Positions 9,736 to 20,081 of a DNA stretch of 64,000 bases are shown one piece after another. Source of the DNA: Candidatus Zixiibacteriota bacterium (GTDB taxonomy: Bacteria > Zixibacteria > MSB-5A5 > GN15 > FEB-12); NCBI GenBank assembly GCA_035380245.1, contig DAOSXA010000003.1, positions 486,926 through 550,925 of the forward strand, given 5' to 3'. Each line of letters begins with the position of its first letter. The first letter of the stretch is position 1. The position numbers were made by a program, and so were the translations under genes. Below the pieces are notes generated by a model that was not told the origin of the DNA, did no database searches, and was given only the letters and a program-made list of their open reading frames with translations.

Positions 9736-10208
9736 TTCTCACTGAAGAGTCAGTCGCCCGCATAAAGGAGAAGGCCGCCCGGTATCCGTCGGCCAAGTCG
9801 GCGATTTTGCCGGCCATAACCGTGGCTTATCGTCAGGTCGGGCATCTCAATAACGAAATTTATCACGAGATCTCCAAAATCATCGGCGTACCGTACGTTG
9901 AGATCGCCGAGGCCGCTACTTTCTATACGATGTTCCCCAAGGAGCCGGTCGGCAAGTACCTCATTCAGGTTTGCCACAATATCTCCTGCTCGTTGTTGGG
10001 CGCCGACGGTCTGATCAGTTACCTGGAGCAGAAACTCGGGATAAAGAAGGGGGAGACCACCTCCGACGGCCTGTTCACTTTGATCTCGGTCGAGTGTCTG
10101 GGATCCTGTGCAACGGCCCCGATGATGCAGATTAACCAGGATTACTATGAGAATCTGACCCGCGAAAAAGTGGATCAGATATTGGAAGAGCTTAGGAGCA
10201 AGGCCTGA
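9732..10208 (+). CDS. nuoE: NADH-quinone oxidoreductase subunit E (thioredoxin-like [2Fe-2S])
   Basis: CHNISCSLLG ... ECLGSCATAPMMQIN cysteine pattern; 158 aa. Confidence 0.95.
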   Translation: MILTEESVARIKEKAARYPSAKSAILPAITVAYRQVGHLNNEIYHEISKIIGVPYVEIAEAATFYTMFPKEPVGKYLIQVCHNISCSLLGADGLISYLEQKLGIKKGETTSDGLFTLISVECLGSCATAPMMQINQDYYENLTREKVDQILEELRSKA

Positions 10209-11542
10209 TGTTCTACTCACCCGTAAGAACCAATGCCGCAGAGGTTGCCAAGAGCGACCGGCTTCATCTCTTCAGATATGTCGAAGATCCGGATCAGGTC
10301 AATATCGACACCTACGTCAAGCACGGCGGCTGGGCAATCTGGCCGAAGGTGCTGAAAGAGTGGAGCGCTGAAAACGTTCAACTGGAGGTGAAGAATTCCG
10401 GATTGCGCGGTCGCGGCGGCGCCGGTTTCCCGACCGGAGTCAAATGGGGTTTTCTGCCCAAGGGGCTCAACAAACCGGTTTACCTGTGTTGCAACGCCGA
10501 TGAATCCGAACCCGGAACCTGTAAGGATCGTGTCATACTCGAACGTGACCCGCATGCTGTGATCGAAGGGATGTGCATTGCCGCTTATGCCATTGGCTGC
10601 CATCTCATGTTTATCTATATCCGCGGAGAGTTCGCTCATTGCGCCGATATGATCGAGAAAGCTCTGGGTGAAGCTTACAAGGCCGGGCATCTCGGTAAGA
10701 ACATACACGGTAGTGGTTACGACCTTGACATGATCGTCCATACCGGCGGCGGTGCTTATATCTGTGGTGAGGAAACGGCGCTTCTTAACTCGCTCGAAGG
10801 CGAGCGCGGGATGTCCCGAATAAAACCGCCGTTCCCGGCGGTGGAAGGTCTTTATTCTTGTCCGACCATCATAAACAACGTTGAGTCGTTGACGGCCGTA
10901 ACGCACATCATTCGCAACGGAGCCGCCTGGTACAAGCAGATGGGGACGGAGAAGTCCACGGGCTCGAAGATTTTCTCGCTCAGCGGGCATGTCAACAATC
11001 CCGGGAATTACGAGGTCGAACTCGGCTTTTCGCTCAAGAAGTTAATCTATGACCCGGAATACGGCGGCGGTATTCGAGGCGGCAAGAAGTTGAAGGGGGT
11101 GATCCCGGGCGGATCATCGACACCTTTCCTGACGGCCGAGACATTCGATATCAACCTTGACTATGAATCACTCGCCGCGGCCGGCTCGATGCTCGGTTCC
11201 GGGGCGGTGATTGTATTTAACGAAGACACCTGTATTGTCTGGGTGATCAAAAAGCTGATCCATTTCTATCGTCACGAATCCTGCGGCAAGTGTACGCCTT
11301 GTCGTGAAGGCACCGGCTGGCTCGAACAGATCATCAATCGAATCGAAGCCGGTAAAGGTCAACCGGGTGATGTGGAATTGATCGAAGAAATTTGTGGCAA
11401 TATCCTGGGTCGGACGGTTTGTCCGCTGGGTGATGCGGCGGTAATGCCGGTTCTGTCGGCCATCAAGAACTGGCGCGATGAATGGCAGTACCATATTGAC
11501 AACAAGAAATGCCTGGTGAAGACGGAGTTCCCTTTTAACTAG
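10208..11542 (+). CDS. nuoF: NADH-quinone oxidoreductase subunit F (FMN/NADH-binding)
   Basis: GRGGAGFPTGVKW (FMN/NADH site) and ESCGKCTPCREG (N3 cluster). Confidence 0.95.
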   Translation: MFYSPVRTNAAEVAKSDRLHLFRYVEDPDQVNIDTYVKHGGWAIWPKVLKEWSAENVQLEVKNSGLRGRGGAGFPTGVKWGFLPKGLNKPVYLCCNADESEPGTCKDRVILERDPHAVIEGMCIAAYAIGCHLMFIYIRGEFAHCADMIEKALGEAYKAGHLGKNIHGSGYDLDMIVHTGGGAYICGEETALLNSLEGERGMSRIKPPFPAVEGLYSCPTIINNVESLTAVTHIIRNGAAWYKQMGTEKSTGSKIFSLSGHVNNPGNYEVELGFSLKKLIYDPEYGGGIRGGKKLKGVIPGGSSTPFLTAETFDINLDYESLAAAGSMLGSGAVIVFNEDTCIVWVIKKLIHFYRHESCGKCTPCREGTGWLEQIINRIEAGKGQPGDVELIEEICGNILGRTVCPLGDAAVMPVLSAIKNWRDEWQYHIDNKKCLVKTEFPFN

Positions 11543-11550
11543 ACGAAGCC

Positions 11551-14109
11551 ATGGCGGAAGAGACGAAAAAAGATACAGCGGCAGTACCCACTGTCACATT
11601 GACGATCGATGACCGCACGGTAACGGTCCCCAAGGGGACAACCGTACTGGAAGCGGCGCGCGGTGTGGGAATACATATCCCCACATTTTGCTGGCATCCC
11701 AAGCTGAAGCCGGCCGGGTCCTGTCGTATGTGCTATGTTGAAATCGAGAAATGGCCGAAGCTGGCTGTTTCCTGTGCTACTGATGCGACCGACGGGATGG
11801 TGGTGCACACGAATTCGGATCTGGTTCTCAGAGGACGTCGAGCCGTGCTCGAATTCCTCCTGACGAATCACCCGCTGGACTGTCCCACGTGTGATAAGGG
11901 GGGAGAATGCGAACTGCAAAATCTCACCTTTGCCCACGGTATCGATACCAGCCGGTTTGAGTTCACTAAATACCGCTTTGTCGATGAGGGGATGTCGACC
12001 ACGTTCGACGACCTCAAAATCGGACCGGAAATAGTGCTCAATCGGAACCGTTGTATCTTGTGCTACAGATGTGTTCGCGCCAACAAGCAGGCGTTCGGAG
12101 AATACGACCTGGGTGTTTATGAGCGCGGTAATATGGCTCAGATCAATGCCGCTCCCGGTGAGCAGGTCGATAATCCTTTTTCCGGCAACCTGCCCGAGAT
12201 TTGTCCGGTTGGGGCTTTGACCAACAGTGACTGGCGCTACAAAATCAGGGTTTGGCTGACCAAGACTTCACCCTCGATCTGCAATTTCACCAGCAGCGGC
12301 TCGAACACGCTCTTCTATAAAGATCAACACAAGAATCACATATATCGTACGACATCGCGGCGCAACGACGACATCGATGACGGCTGGATAGCCGACGTAA
12401 CTCGTTATGGCTATCAGATCATCACTTCTCCGGACCGCTTAAAACAGCCGCTGATCAGACGGGACGGCAAGCAGGTCCCGGCCTCATGGGATGAGGCGAT
12501 CAGCCTTATTGCACAACGTTTTGTTGAGATAAAGGAGCGCAAGGGAGCGGTATGTATCGCCGGACTGGCAGCTCCGAACCTGGATAACAAGGCGTTGTAT
12601 TCTTTTAACAAGTTCTTCCGGAAAATCCTTGGTTCGAACAACATCGATTTCAGACAAGACTATCGGTGGTTGCCGGAGGAGCCTGATTCGGTATTCAGCA
12701 AACTCTGCAATCAACCGTTTAAAATCGCCGATATTGATACCTCAGATGTTATAGTTTGTTTCGCGACCGATTTGATTCGCGAGCATCCGAATGAATATCT
12801 GCGTGTCCGCAAGGCGCGGAATTTCCACAAACCGCGCATTTACTCGCTCAATCCGTATGCCGTCAAGGCGGCTGATGTCGCCGATCTGGAATTGGTTTAT
12901 CGGATCGGACAGGACGAAGCGGCTCTGGCCGGAATTGGTCTGGCGGCGATCGAACAATCCCTGGCTGATCCCGGCAAGGCCGGTCAGTTTAAGGAGTCTT
13001 GCGGTTATGGCTCTCTTGCCGAGGCTGCTCAGGCTGCCGGTCTCGAACCTGATGAGTTGAAAGTTGTTGCGCGCGCCCTTGCCGAGGGTCGCAAAATTAC
13101 TTTCATGATCGGTGAATTGGCCGCTCGCTCGAAAGCACGCGAAATTATCGGTGCTGCGGTCTCTAATCTAAATCTGCTGATGAGCCTGAGTGAGCGCGGA
13201 CAATTAGCCGTTTTAGCTCGCTATGCCAATTCGCGTGGAGCCGAAATGCTGGGAGTGGTTCCCAATCCGCCCGAAGCACTCAAAGCGAAGTTAACCGAGC
13301 TTTGGGGGAGTTATCCCGAATCGGCGGCGCACAATACCGATGCTATGCTCAATCTGATGAAGAAGGAAGAGATTGACGCTTGCCTGATCGTGGGCGGCAA
13401 TCCGATGTCCATATATCCTGACAAGGAGTTCACTCGGGAAGGTCTCGAGAAACTGGATTTCCTGGTTGTAGCCGACATGTTCGAGACGGAGACGACCGAA
13501 TTGGCCGATGTCGTATTGCCGCTGGGCAGTTGGGCTGAGGTCGAGGGTGATTTCATCAATCTTGAAGGCGTCAAACAGACCGCCTCAAAAGCCTTGAATC
13601 CGGTGGAACAATCCAAATCGGCGGAAGAACTAATCCGCCTTATCGCTCAGGCGATGGATGAGTCCGCACTGGGAGAAGAAGCGATTCTGACCGATGAGAT
13701 TGCTCAGGCACTGGCGGTTTATAAGCCTTCCGTTTTGCCGGACAAGATGATCAAGGTGACACCCGAATCGGAAGAGGTTTCGGCGGAGTATCCGCATCCG
13801 GTTCTGATTTGCGACGATCCTCATCATTGCGGATATGTGACCGAAAAAGCTCCCTCGCTGGTCAATTTTGCCGGTGAGGCTTATGTCGAGTTGTCACAGG
13901 AAATGGCCGATCGGTACGGTCTGGAAAACGGTACTTCCGTTCGGTTGGTATCGCCGACCGGTAAAGTGATACTCCCGGTCAAAATATCCGAGCATGTTGA
14001 GAACGATGTCCTGCTGTTGCCGCGTAACTTCTCGGCGGTTGCAGTGACATCACTGTTGCTTCGCAAGCTGCGAGTGGACCGAGTCAACCTAAGTAAAGTG
14101 GATGAATGA
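11551..14109 (+). CDS. nuoG: NADH-quinone oxidoreductase subunit G
   Basis: 852 aa. N-terminal 2Fe-2S (CWHPKLKPAGSCRMCYVEI), HPLDCPTCDKGGECELQ, RCILCYRCVR, then a molybdopterin-oxidoreductase-like domain. Confidence 0.9.
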   Translation: MAEETKKDTAAVPTVTLTIDDRTVTVPKGTTVLEAARGVGIHIPTFCWHPKLKPAGSCRMCYVEIEKWPKLAVSCATDATDGMVVHTNSDLVLRGRRAVLEFLLTNHPLDCPTCDKGGECELQNLTFAHGIDTSRFEFTKYRFVDEGMSTTFDDLKIGPEIVLNRNRCILCYRCVRANKQAFGEYDLGVYERGNMAQINAAPGEQVDNPFSGNLPEICPVGALTNSDWRYKIRVWLTKTSPSICNFTSSGSNTLFYKDQHKNHIYRTTSRRNDDIDDGWIADVTRYGYQIITSPDRLKQPLIRRDGKQVPASWDEAISLIAQRFVEIKERKGAVCIAGLAAPNLDNKALYSFNKFFRKILGSNNIDFRQDYRWLPEEPDSVFSKLCNQPFKIADIDTSDVIVCFATDLIREHPNEYLRVRKARNFHKPRIYSLNPYAVKAADVADLELVYRIGQDEAALAGIGLAAIEQSLADPGKAGQFKESCGYGSLAEAAQAAGLEPDELKVVARALAEGRKITFMIGELAARSKAREIIGAAVSNLNLLMSLSERGQLAVLARYANSRGAEMLGVVPNPPEALKAKLTELWGSYPESAAHNTDAMLNLMKKEEIDACLIVGGNPMSIYPDKEFTREGLEKLDFLVVADMFETETTELADVVLPLGSWAEVEGDFINLEGVKQTASKALNPVEQSKSAEELIRLIAQAMDESALGEEAILTDEIAQALAVYKPSVLPDKMIKVTPESEEVSAEYPHPVLICDDPHHCGYVTEKAPSLVNFAGEAYVELSQEMADRYGLENGTSVRLVSPTGKVILPVKISEHVENDVLLLPRNFSAVAVTSLLLRKLRVDRVNLSKVDE

Positions 14110-15097
14110 CGGCATGTGGGAAACCATCATCATAGCATCGATTAAAATAATCGCGGTCCTGATTGTCGTTCTGACCGGATGCGCTTATGCGACGTTGTTC
14201 GAACGCCGTCTGCTGGCTCGCATGCAGCATCGTATGGGGCCGACCTGGGCAGGTCCCAGTGGTATCCTGCAGCCGATTGCCGATGCCGTGAAGCTGATTT
14301 TTAAGGAAGATATCTCTCCGGACAATGTCGAAAAGTGGACCTATACGCTGGCCCCGGTAATTTCGTTTATCCCGGCCTTTCTCACCTTCGCCGTTGTTCC
14401 GTTTTCGAGTGATATGACCTTTTTCGGATACGAAGTCACCGGTGTGATTTCGGATCTTAATATCGGTATCCTTTGGGTATTCGCCGTAACTTCGCTGGGA
14501 GTGTACGGTATCGTTCTGGCTGGTTGGTCGTCGGGATCGAAGTATTCTCTGCTTGGCGGAATCCGTTCTTCGGCCCAGATGATTTCTTACGAGGTCGGCT
14601 ACGGATTGTCGATCATCGGAGTGCTGTTGATTGCCAACACGCTTTCGATGAGAGAACTGGTCGATCAGCAGGCTTCTTTCTTCGATTGGTTCATCTTCCG
14701 GCAACCGCTCGGTTTCCTGCTCTTTTTGACATGTGCCATTGCCGAGACCAACCGTCTTCCGTTCGATTTGCCCGAAGCGGAAGCAGAATTGGTGGCCGGT
14801 TACCATACGGAATACTCTTCGATGAAGTTCGCGATGTTCTTTATCGGTGAATATGCCTCGATGATTGCCGTATCCTCGGTTGCGGCGACCATATTCCTCG
14901 GCGGCTGGCACGGACCGTTTTTGCCGCCGGTTATCTGGTTCCTGATCAAAGTTTTGATCTTCATGACTATCTATGTCTGGTTACGCGGCACTTTCCCGCG
15001 TTTCCGCTATGACCAATTGATGAACTTCGGCTGGAAAATAATTTTCCCGCTGGCGTTGGCGAACACGCTTATAACGGCAGCCGTGGTGATGCTGTAG
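14102..15097 (+). CDS. nuoH: NADH-quinone oxidoreductase subunit H
   Basis: Polytopic. RMQHRMGPTWAGPSGILQPIADAVKL and AETNRLPFDLPEAEAELVAGYHTEYS signatures. Confidence 0.95.
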   Translation: MNDGMWETIIIASIKIIAVLIVVLTGCAYATLFERRLLARMQHRMGPTWAGPSGILQPIADAVKLIFKEDISPDNVEKWTYTLAPVISFIPAFLTFAVVPFSSDMTFFGYEVTGVISDLNIGILWVFAVTSLGVYGIVLAGWSSGSKYSLLGGIRSSAQMISYEVGYGLSIIGVLLIANTLSMRELVDQQASFFDWFIFRQPLGFLLFLTCAIAETNRLPFDLPEAEAELVAGYHTEYSSMKFAMFFIGEYASMIAVSSVAATIFLGGWHGPFLPPVIWFLIKVLIFMTIYVWLRGTFPRFRYDQLMNFGWKIIFPLALANTLITAAVVML

Positions 15098-15113
15098 ATC
15101 GATAGGTTGTTTT

Positions 15114-15620
15114 ATGAAGTCGTTATTACAAGCGCTGAAACATGTGTTTTTCGACATGCCGATAGGGCTGTGGACCACTTTCAAACACGTGTTCAAAAAA
15201 CCGCTGACCCTGGATTACCCGCGCAAGAAGAAGCCGATGTCTCCGCGCTATCGCGGACGTCACTACCTCGAGCGCTATGACGATGGCACCGAGCGCTGTG
15301 TCTGTTGCGGTTTATGCGCCGCGGCCTGTCCCGCTGATGCCATTTATATGGAGCCTAAGGAAAACGAAAAAGGTGAACGCGGCGCCAAGGTTTACGAGAT
15401 AAACCTGCTGCGTTGCATTTTCTGCGGTTTCTGTGAAGAGGCCTGTCCCGAGGAAGCGATATTCCTCGGCCAGGAATATGAGTTCGCGGGTGATAATCGC
15501 AATTCATTCCTCTGGACGAAAGAAGACATGCTGGTGCCGCATCCGCGTAAGGATAATCCGCTCAAGCGGATTTATCGTCGGGTGCGCAAGGTGTATGGAG
15601 TAACGGACAAGCCCAAATGA
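15114..15620 (+). CDS. nuoI: NADH-quinone oxidoreductase subunit I (2x[4Fe-4S])
   Basis: CVCCGLCAAACP and CIFCGFCEEACP ferredoxin motifs. Confidence 0.95.
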   Translation: MKSLLQALKHVFFDMPIGLWTTFKHVFKKPLTLDYPRKKKPMSPRYRGRHYLERYDDGTERCVCCGLCAAACPADAIYMEPKENEKGERGAKVYEINLLRCIFCGFCEEACPEEAIFLGQEYEFAGDNRNSFLWTKEDMLVPHPRKDNPLKRIYRRVRKVYGVTDKPK

Positions 15621-16177
15621 TGCTCGATACGGTCATATTTGTGTTCTCCGCCATAGTCGCGGTGTTCGGTGCGGTCATGATGATCGGCCAGCGCAATCCG
15701 GTGGCCTCAGTGCTGTATCTGATCGTTTCGATCGTGGCACAGGCGGTTCTCTATGTTCAGCTCGGGGCTCTTTTTCTGAGCGCGGTGCTGATCATTGTGT
15801 ATGCCGGGGCCATTCTCGTGCTGTTTCTGTTCGTCATTATGTTGCTGAATTTACGAAGCAGTGAGGATCTCGGTGAGGGTTCCACGGTCCTGAGTAAAGC
15901 TACCAAATATGTCGTCTCGGTGTTGTTCGTAATTGAGATGGCTATGGTAGTCAGGTCCGGATTATTCGCTAAAGCCGGACCGATCGGCATCATGCCCGAG
16001 CCTTCGACGCATTTCGGAGCGGTCGATACCGTGGCCGAGTTGCTTTATTCCAAATACCTGTATCCGTTCGAGCTTACTTCGATTCTGCTTCTGGCAGCAA
16101 TCGTAGGAGCTGTCGTAATTGCCCGGCGTCATCGGCCCGAAGACCCGAGCCTCGAAGAAGAGAAGGGACAAGAATAA
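15617..16177 (+). CDS. nuoJ: NADH-quinone oxidoreductase subunit J
   Basis: 186 aa, hydrophobic, positioned between nuoI and nuoK, ATGA overlap with nuoI. Confidence 0.85.
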   Translation: MMLDTVIFVFSAIVAVFGAVMMIGQRNPVASVLYLIVSIVAQAVLYVQLGALFLSAVLIIVYAGAILVLFLFVIMLLNLRSSEDLGEGSTVLSKATKYVVSVLFVIEMAMVVRSGLFAKAGPIGIMPEPSTHFGAVDTVAELLYSKYLYPFELTSILLLAAIVGAVVIARRHRPEDPSLEEEKGQE

Positions 16178-16178
16178 G

Positions 16179-16481
16179 ATGTTGACCATTCCCGCCTTCT
16201 TGATGGTAGCGGTCGTATTGTTCGCGATCGGGATAGTCGGTGTAATGATCTCCCGCAATATAATCGTGATGTTCATGTCGGTAGAGCTAATGCTCAATGC
16301 CGCCAACCTGGCCCTTATTGCTTTCTCACGCGCCCTGAATCTGACCGACGGCCATGCCTTCGTGTTCCTTGTGCTCGCGGTAGCGGCCGCTGAGGTAGCG
16401 GTTGGGCTGGCTTTGGTTATCACGATTTACCGTAACCGCGAAACGATCAATATCGATCGTTACGATTTGCTCAAATGGTGA
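16179..16481 (+). CDS. nuoK: NADH-quinone oxidoreductase subunit K
   Basis: The ATG at 16179 (MLTIPAFLMV...) lies immediately after the nuoJ stop. About 100 aa, 3 TM, AAAEVAVGLALV motif. The longer ORF start at 16119 lies inside nuoJ. Confidence 0.9.
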   Translation: MLTIPAFLMVAVVLFAIGIVGVMISRNIIVMFMSVELMLNAANLALIAFSRALNLTDGHAFVFLVLAVAAAEVAVGLALVITIYRNRETINIDRYDLLKW

Positions 16482-16495
16482 GGAGCTGAGAGGAT

Positions 16496-18436
16496 ATGTC
16501 CGAATACCTGTTTCTGGTTCCGCTCTTCCCGCTGATCGGGTTTCTGATCAACGGACTGCTGTTGGGGCGTTTGCCCCGGCCGGTGGTTTCGTTCATTGCC
16601 TGTACCTCGATCGGTTTGTCGTTCGTGCTGTCGCTGTTGCTGTTCTTCGAGCTGAAGAGCCTTCCTGTAGACGGCCGGATTATCGAGCAAACGCTGTTTA
16701 CCTGGATTTCATCCGGTTCGTTCCACGTTAACGTTGCTTTTCTGCTGGATCCTCTCTCAGCGGTCATGATCCTGGTGGTGAGCGGAGTCGGTTTTCTGAT
16801 TCATATATATTCGACCGGTTACATGCACCATGATCCCTGCTTCGGTCGTTATTTCGCTTATCTCAACCTGTTCGCCTTTGCCATGCTGACGCTCGTTTTG
16901 GCGAATAACTACCTCTTCATGTTCGTCGGCTGGGAAGGCGTGGGATTGTGTTCTTACCTCCTGATCGGTTTCTGGTACCATAAGCAGTCCGCCTCCGATG
17001 CCGGTAAGAAGGCTTTCCTGGTCAATCGAATCGGCGACTTCGGTTTCCTGGTCGGCATGTTCATTATTTTCTGGCAGGTCGGCTCACTCGATTTCAAGAC
17101 TGTTATGGCATCGGCGCCGGCAGTGTTCGTTGCCGGAGGCACCTTGATTACGGCTGCCTGTATGTTGATGTTCCTGGGCGCCACCGGTAAATCGGCACAG
17201 ATACCTCTTTATATCTGGTTGCCGGATGCCATGGAGGGTCCGACTCCGGTGTCGGCGTTGATCCACGCCGCCACAATGGTTACCGCCGGTGTCTATATGA
17301 TAGCCCGATCCAATGTCCTCTATATGATGGCTCCCGACGCTCTCATGCTGGTGGCAATCATCGGCGCCGCAACGGCGATTTTCGCGGCTACGATCGGACT
17401 CGCTCAAAACGATATCAAACGCGTGCTGGCCTATTCGACGGTCAGCCAGCTTGGTTATATGTTCCTTGCTTGTGGTGTGGCCGCTTTCACGGCCGGTATT
17501 TTCCACCTGATGACCCATGCTTTCTTCAAGGCGCTCTTGTTCCTGGCCGCCGGTTCGGTGATCCATGCCATGTCGGATGAACAGGATATGCGCAAGATGG
17601 GCGGTTTGAAGAAATACCTCCCGATTACCTACGGGACAATGCTCGCAGCGACTCTGGCGATTTCCGGAATTCCCGGTTTGTCGGGATTCTTCTCGAAGGA
17701 TGAGATTCTCTGGAAGTCGTTCTCATCGCATCACGGGCACTGGTTGCTGTGGGTAGTTGGATTCGTGACCGCCGGTCTGACAGCCTTCTATATGTTCCGT
17801 CTGATTTACCTCACCTTCCACGGTAAGGAACGGATGGATAACCATACCCGTGAACACATTCACGAGTCACCCAAGTCGATGACCATTCCGCTCATTGCCC
17901 TGGCAGTGCTTTCGGTAATCGGCGGTTTTGTGGGCGTCCCGCACATATTCTTCGGCGCTACCAACTATTTCGAGAATTGGCTCGAACCGGTCATGTCCGG
18001 TCCGTCACAACAGGCGGCCGTACATGCCCTGGCCTCGGCCGGGGGAGACACCGGGATGGAAGTAACGTTGATGACGGCAACGGTGATTCTGGTGTTGCTT
18101 GCCATCTTCGTGGCGCGGTTGTTCTACAAGCAAAAGCCGGAACTGGCAACACAATGGCAACAGAAGTTGTCCGGTGTGCATCGGGTGTTGCTTAACAAGT
18201 ATTATGTAGATGAGCTGTACGGTGCCGCAGTGGTAAAGCCCTTGATCGGTTTTTCAAAATTCCTCTGGCATGTGTTCGATGAAAGTATCATCGATGGCCT
18301 GATCAACGGCCTTGCTTCGGTTTACAGCGAGATGTCGCAAAGACTTCGTCACTGTCAGACCGGTCGAGTGCGCACCTACGCAACGGTATTTGTCATCGGA
18401 GTTGTGGCCCTGGTGGCCTACCTGCTGTTAGGATAG
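16496..18436 (+). CDS. nuoL: NADH-quinone oxidoreductase subunit L
   Basis: 646 aa antiporter-like subunit (WEGVGLCSYLLIGFW, SALIHAATMVTAGVY) with a C-terminal lateral-helix region. Confidence 0.95.
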   Translation: MSEYLFLVPLFPLIGFLINGLLLGRLPRPVVSFIACTSIGLSFVLSLLLFFELKSLPVDGRIIEQTLFTWISSGSFHVNVAFLLDPLSAVMILVVSGVGFLIHIYSTGYMHHDPCFGRYFAYLNLFAFAMLTLVLANNYLFMFVGWEGVGLCSYLLIGFWYHKQSASDAGKKAFLVNRIGDFGFLVGMFIIFWQVGSLDFKTVMASAPAVFVAGGTLITAACMLMFLGATGKSAQIPLYIWLPDAMEGPTPVSALIHAATMVTAGVYMIARSNVLYMMAPDALMLVAIIGAATAIFAATIGLAQNDIKRVLAYSTVSQLGYMFLACGVAAFTAGIFHLMTHAFFKALLFLAAGSVIHAMSDEQDMRKMGGLKKYLPITYGTMLAATLAISGIPGLSGFFSKDEILWKSFSSHHGHWLLWVVGFVTAGLTAFYMFRLIYLTFHGKERMDNHTREHIHESPKSMTIPLIALAVLSVIGGFVGVPHIFFGATNYFENWLEPVMSGPSQQAAVHALASAGGDTGMEVTLMTATVILVLLAIFVARLFYKQKPELATQWQQKLSGVHRVLLNKYYVDELYGAAVVKPLIGFSKFLWHVFDESIIDGLINGLASVYSEMSQRLRHCQTGRVRTYATVFVIGVVALVAYLLLG

Positions 18437-20035
18437 ATGATGGGAGACCATATTCTTACATTAATCACCTTCCTGCCGACTATCGGTGTGTTGTTGTTGC
18501 TTCTGGTGCCTAAAGAGCGCTTCGACACCATAAGATCGGTAAGCCTGATAGTATCGTTTGTCACCATGCTGTTGTCGTTCCTGCTCTGGGGGATGTTCGA
18601 CCCGATGGGTAACGGCATGCAGTTCGAGATCGATCAGCCCTGGATTACCGCTTTTGGAATCCAGTATCATCTCGGCATTGACGGCATTTCACTGTTGTTG
18701 ATCCTGTTGACCACGATTCTTTCCGTGCTGGCTATTCTCGCTTCTTGGAAGTCGATCCAGAAAGGAGTGAAGGGATACTTTGTCTCAATGCTTCTTCTGG
18801 AAACCGGTATGCTCGGTGTCTTCTGTGCCTTGGACTTGTTCATGTTCTACGTGTTCTGGGAAGTCATGCTGGTACCGATGTATTTCCTCATCGGTGTCTG
18901 GGGCGGACCGAAACGAGTCTATGCCGCGATCAAGTTCGTTTTGTTCACGATGTTCGGATCGCTGCTCATGCTGGTTGCGCTGATCTACCTGATGTTCCAG
19001 TATCAGGCTTATGCGGGAGTTTTCTCGCTCGATATGGTGAAACTGGCCGAGATGCCGCTGGCGCACAACGTGCAGCTTTATTTGTTCGGAGCGTTCGCCC
19101 TGGCCTTTGCCATCAAGGTACCTCTCTGGCCGTTGCACACATGGTTGCCTGACGCACACGTACAGGCTCCGACGGCCGGTTCGGTTATTCTGGCGGGTGT
19201 GTTGCTCAAAATGGGTACCTACGGTTTTATCCGGATTTGTCTGCCGATGTTCCCGGAGGCAACCCTTGTTTATATGCCGTATATCAGCGTGCTGGCATTG
19301 ATCGCGATTATCTACGGAGCGCTGGTGGCCATGGTCCAGAAGGATGTCAAATCGCTGGTGGCGTTTTCATCGGTGTCCCACATGGGTTTCGTTATGCTGG
19401 GAATGTTCGCTCTTAATATGCAGGGACTACAGGGATCGGTTCTGCAAATGATCAACCACGGTGTTTCGACCGGCGCCCTGTTCCTTGTGGTAGGTATGAT
19501 TTACGACCGTCGTCATACACGTTTGATTTCTGATTTCGGCGGCCTGGCCAAAGTTATGCCGGTGTTCTCGGCCATATTCATGATAGTCACGCTTTCGTCG
19601 ATAGGCCTTCCGTTCACGAATGGTTTCGTCGGCGAGTTTCTGATATTACTAGGTACGTTCGATTCCAACACGGTCTATGGTGTTATAGCAGCTTCAGGTG
19701 TAATTCTGTCCGCCTGCTATATGCTCTGGATGTACCAGCGGGTGATCTTCGGCAAGGTGACCAATCCGGAAAACGAGAAGCTCAAGGATCTGGACTGGCG
19801 TGAGAAAATTATCCTGATCCCGCTGCTTATTCTGATCTTCTGGATTGGAATCTATCCGTCACCCTTCCTGGAGCGGATGAAGCCGGCGTTGGAAAAGGTC
19901 ATGATGCAGGTTGATCAGGCTCGAACCGCACAGGCCCCGTCGGGAGCTCAGGATACCCGGGTATTCGTTGCAGATGAGGGCTCGGCTGAACTTCATGAAT
20001 GCAGCTTGAGCAAGGGGGGGCCGTGCCTGAAGTAA
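18437..20035 (+). CDS. nuoM: NADH-quinone oxidoreductase subunit M
   Basis: 532 aa antiporter-like subunit (FYVFWEVMLVPMYFLIGVWGG, HTWLPDAHVQAPTAGSVILAG). Carries a ~50-aa soluble C-terminal extension. Confidence 0.95.
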   Translation: MMGDHILTLITFLPTIGVLLLLLVPKERFDTIRSVSLIVSFVTMLLSFLLWGMFDPMGNGMQFEIDQPWITAFGIQYHLGIDGISLLLILLTTILSVLAILASWKSIQKGVKGYFVSMLLLETGMLGVFCALDLFMFYVFWEVMLVPMYFLIGVWGGPKRVYAAIKFVLFTMFGSLLMLVALIYLMFQYQAYAGVFSLDMVKLAEMPLAHNVQLYLFGAFALAFAIKVPLWPLHTWLPDAHVQAPTAGSVILAGVLLKMGTYGFIRICLPMFPEATLVYMPYISVLALIAIIYGALVAMVQKDVKSLVAFSSVSHMGFVMLGMFALNMQGLQGSVLQMINHGVSTGALFLVVGMIYDRRHTRLISDFGGLAKVMPVFSAIFMIVTLSSIGLPFTNGFVGEFLILLGTFDSNTVYGVIAASGVILSACYMLWMYQRVIFGKVTNPENEKLKDLDWREKIILIPLLILIFWIGIYPSPFLERMKPALEKVMMQVDQARTAQAPSGAQDTRVFVADEGSAELHECSLSKGGPCLK

Positions 20036-20081
20036 TGATCGAATTGCGGTTGGCTTCGGAAGTAGTTGAGGCTTATGAGGC

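Noticed and set aside
9750-10990. Long antisense ORFs (156 aa at 9750-10220 and 257 aa at 10217-10990, minus strand) opposite nuoE and nuoF
   Set aside because: The opposite strand encodes proteins with unmistakable NuoE/NuoF motifs. The antisense translations are Arg/Gly/Leu-rich with no motifs. These are shadow ORFs typical of mid/high-GC coding DNA.
14084-14911. 275-aa minus-strand ORF covering nuoH
   Set aside because: It is antisense to a clearly conserved nuoH. The translation is highly basic (R/H/Q-rich) and low-complexity, with no start context.
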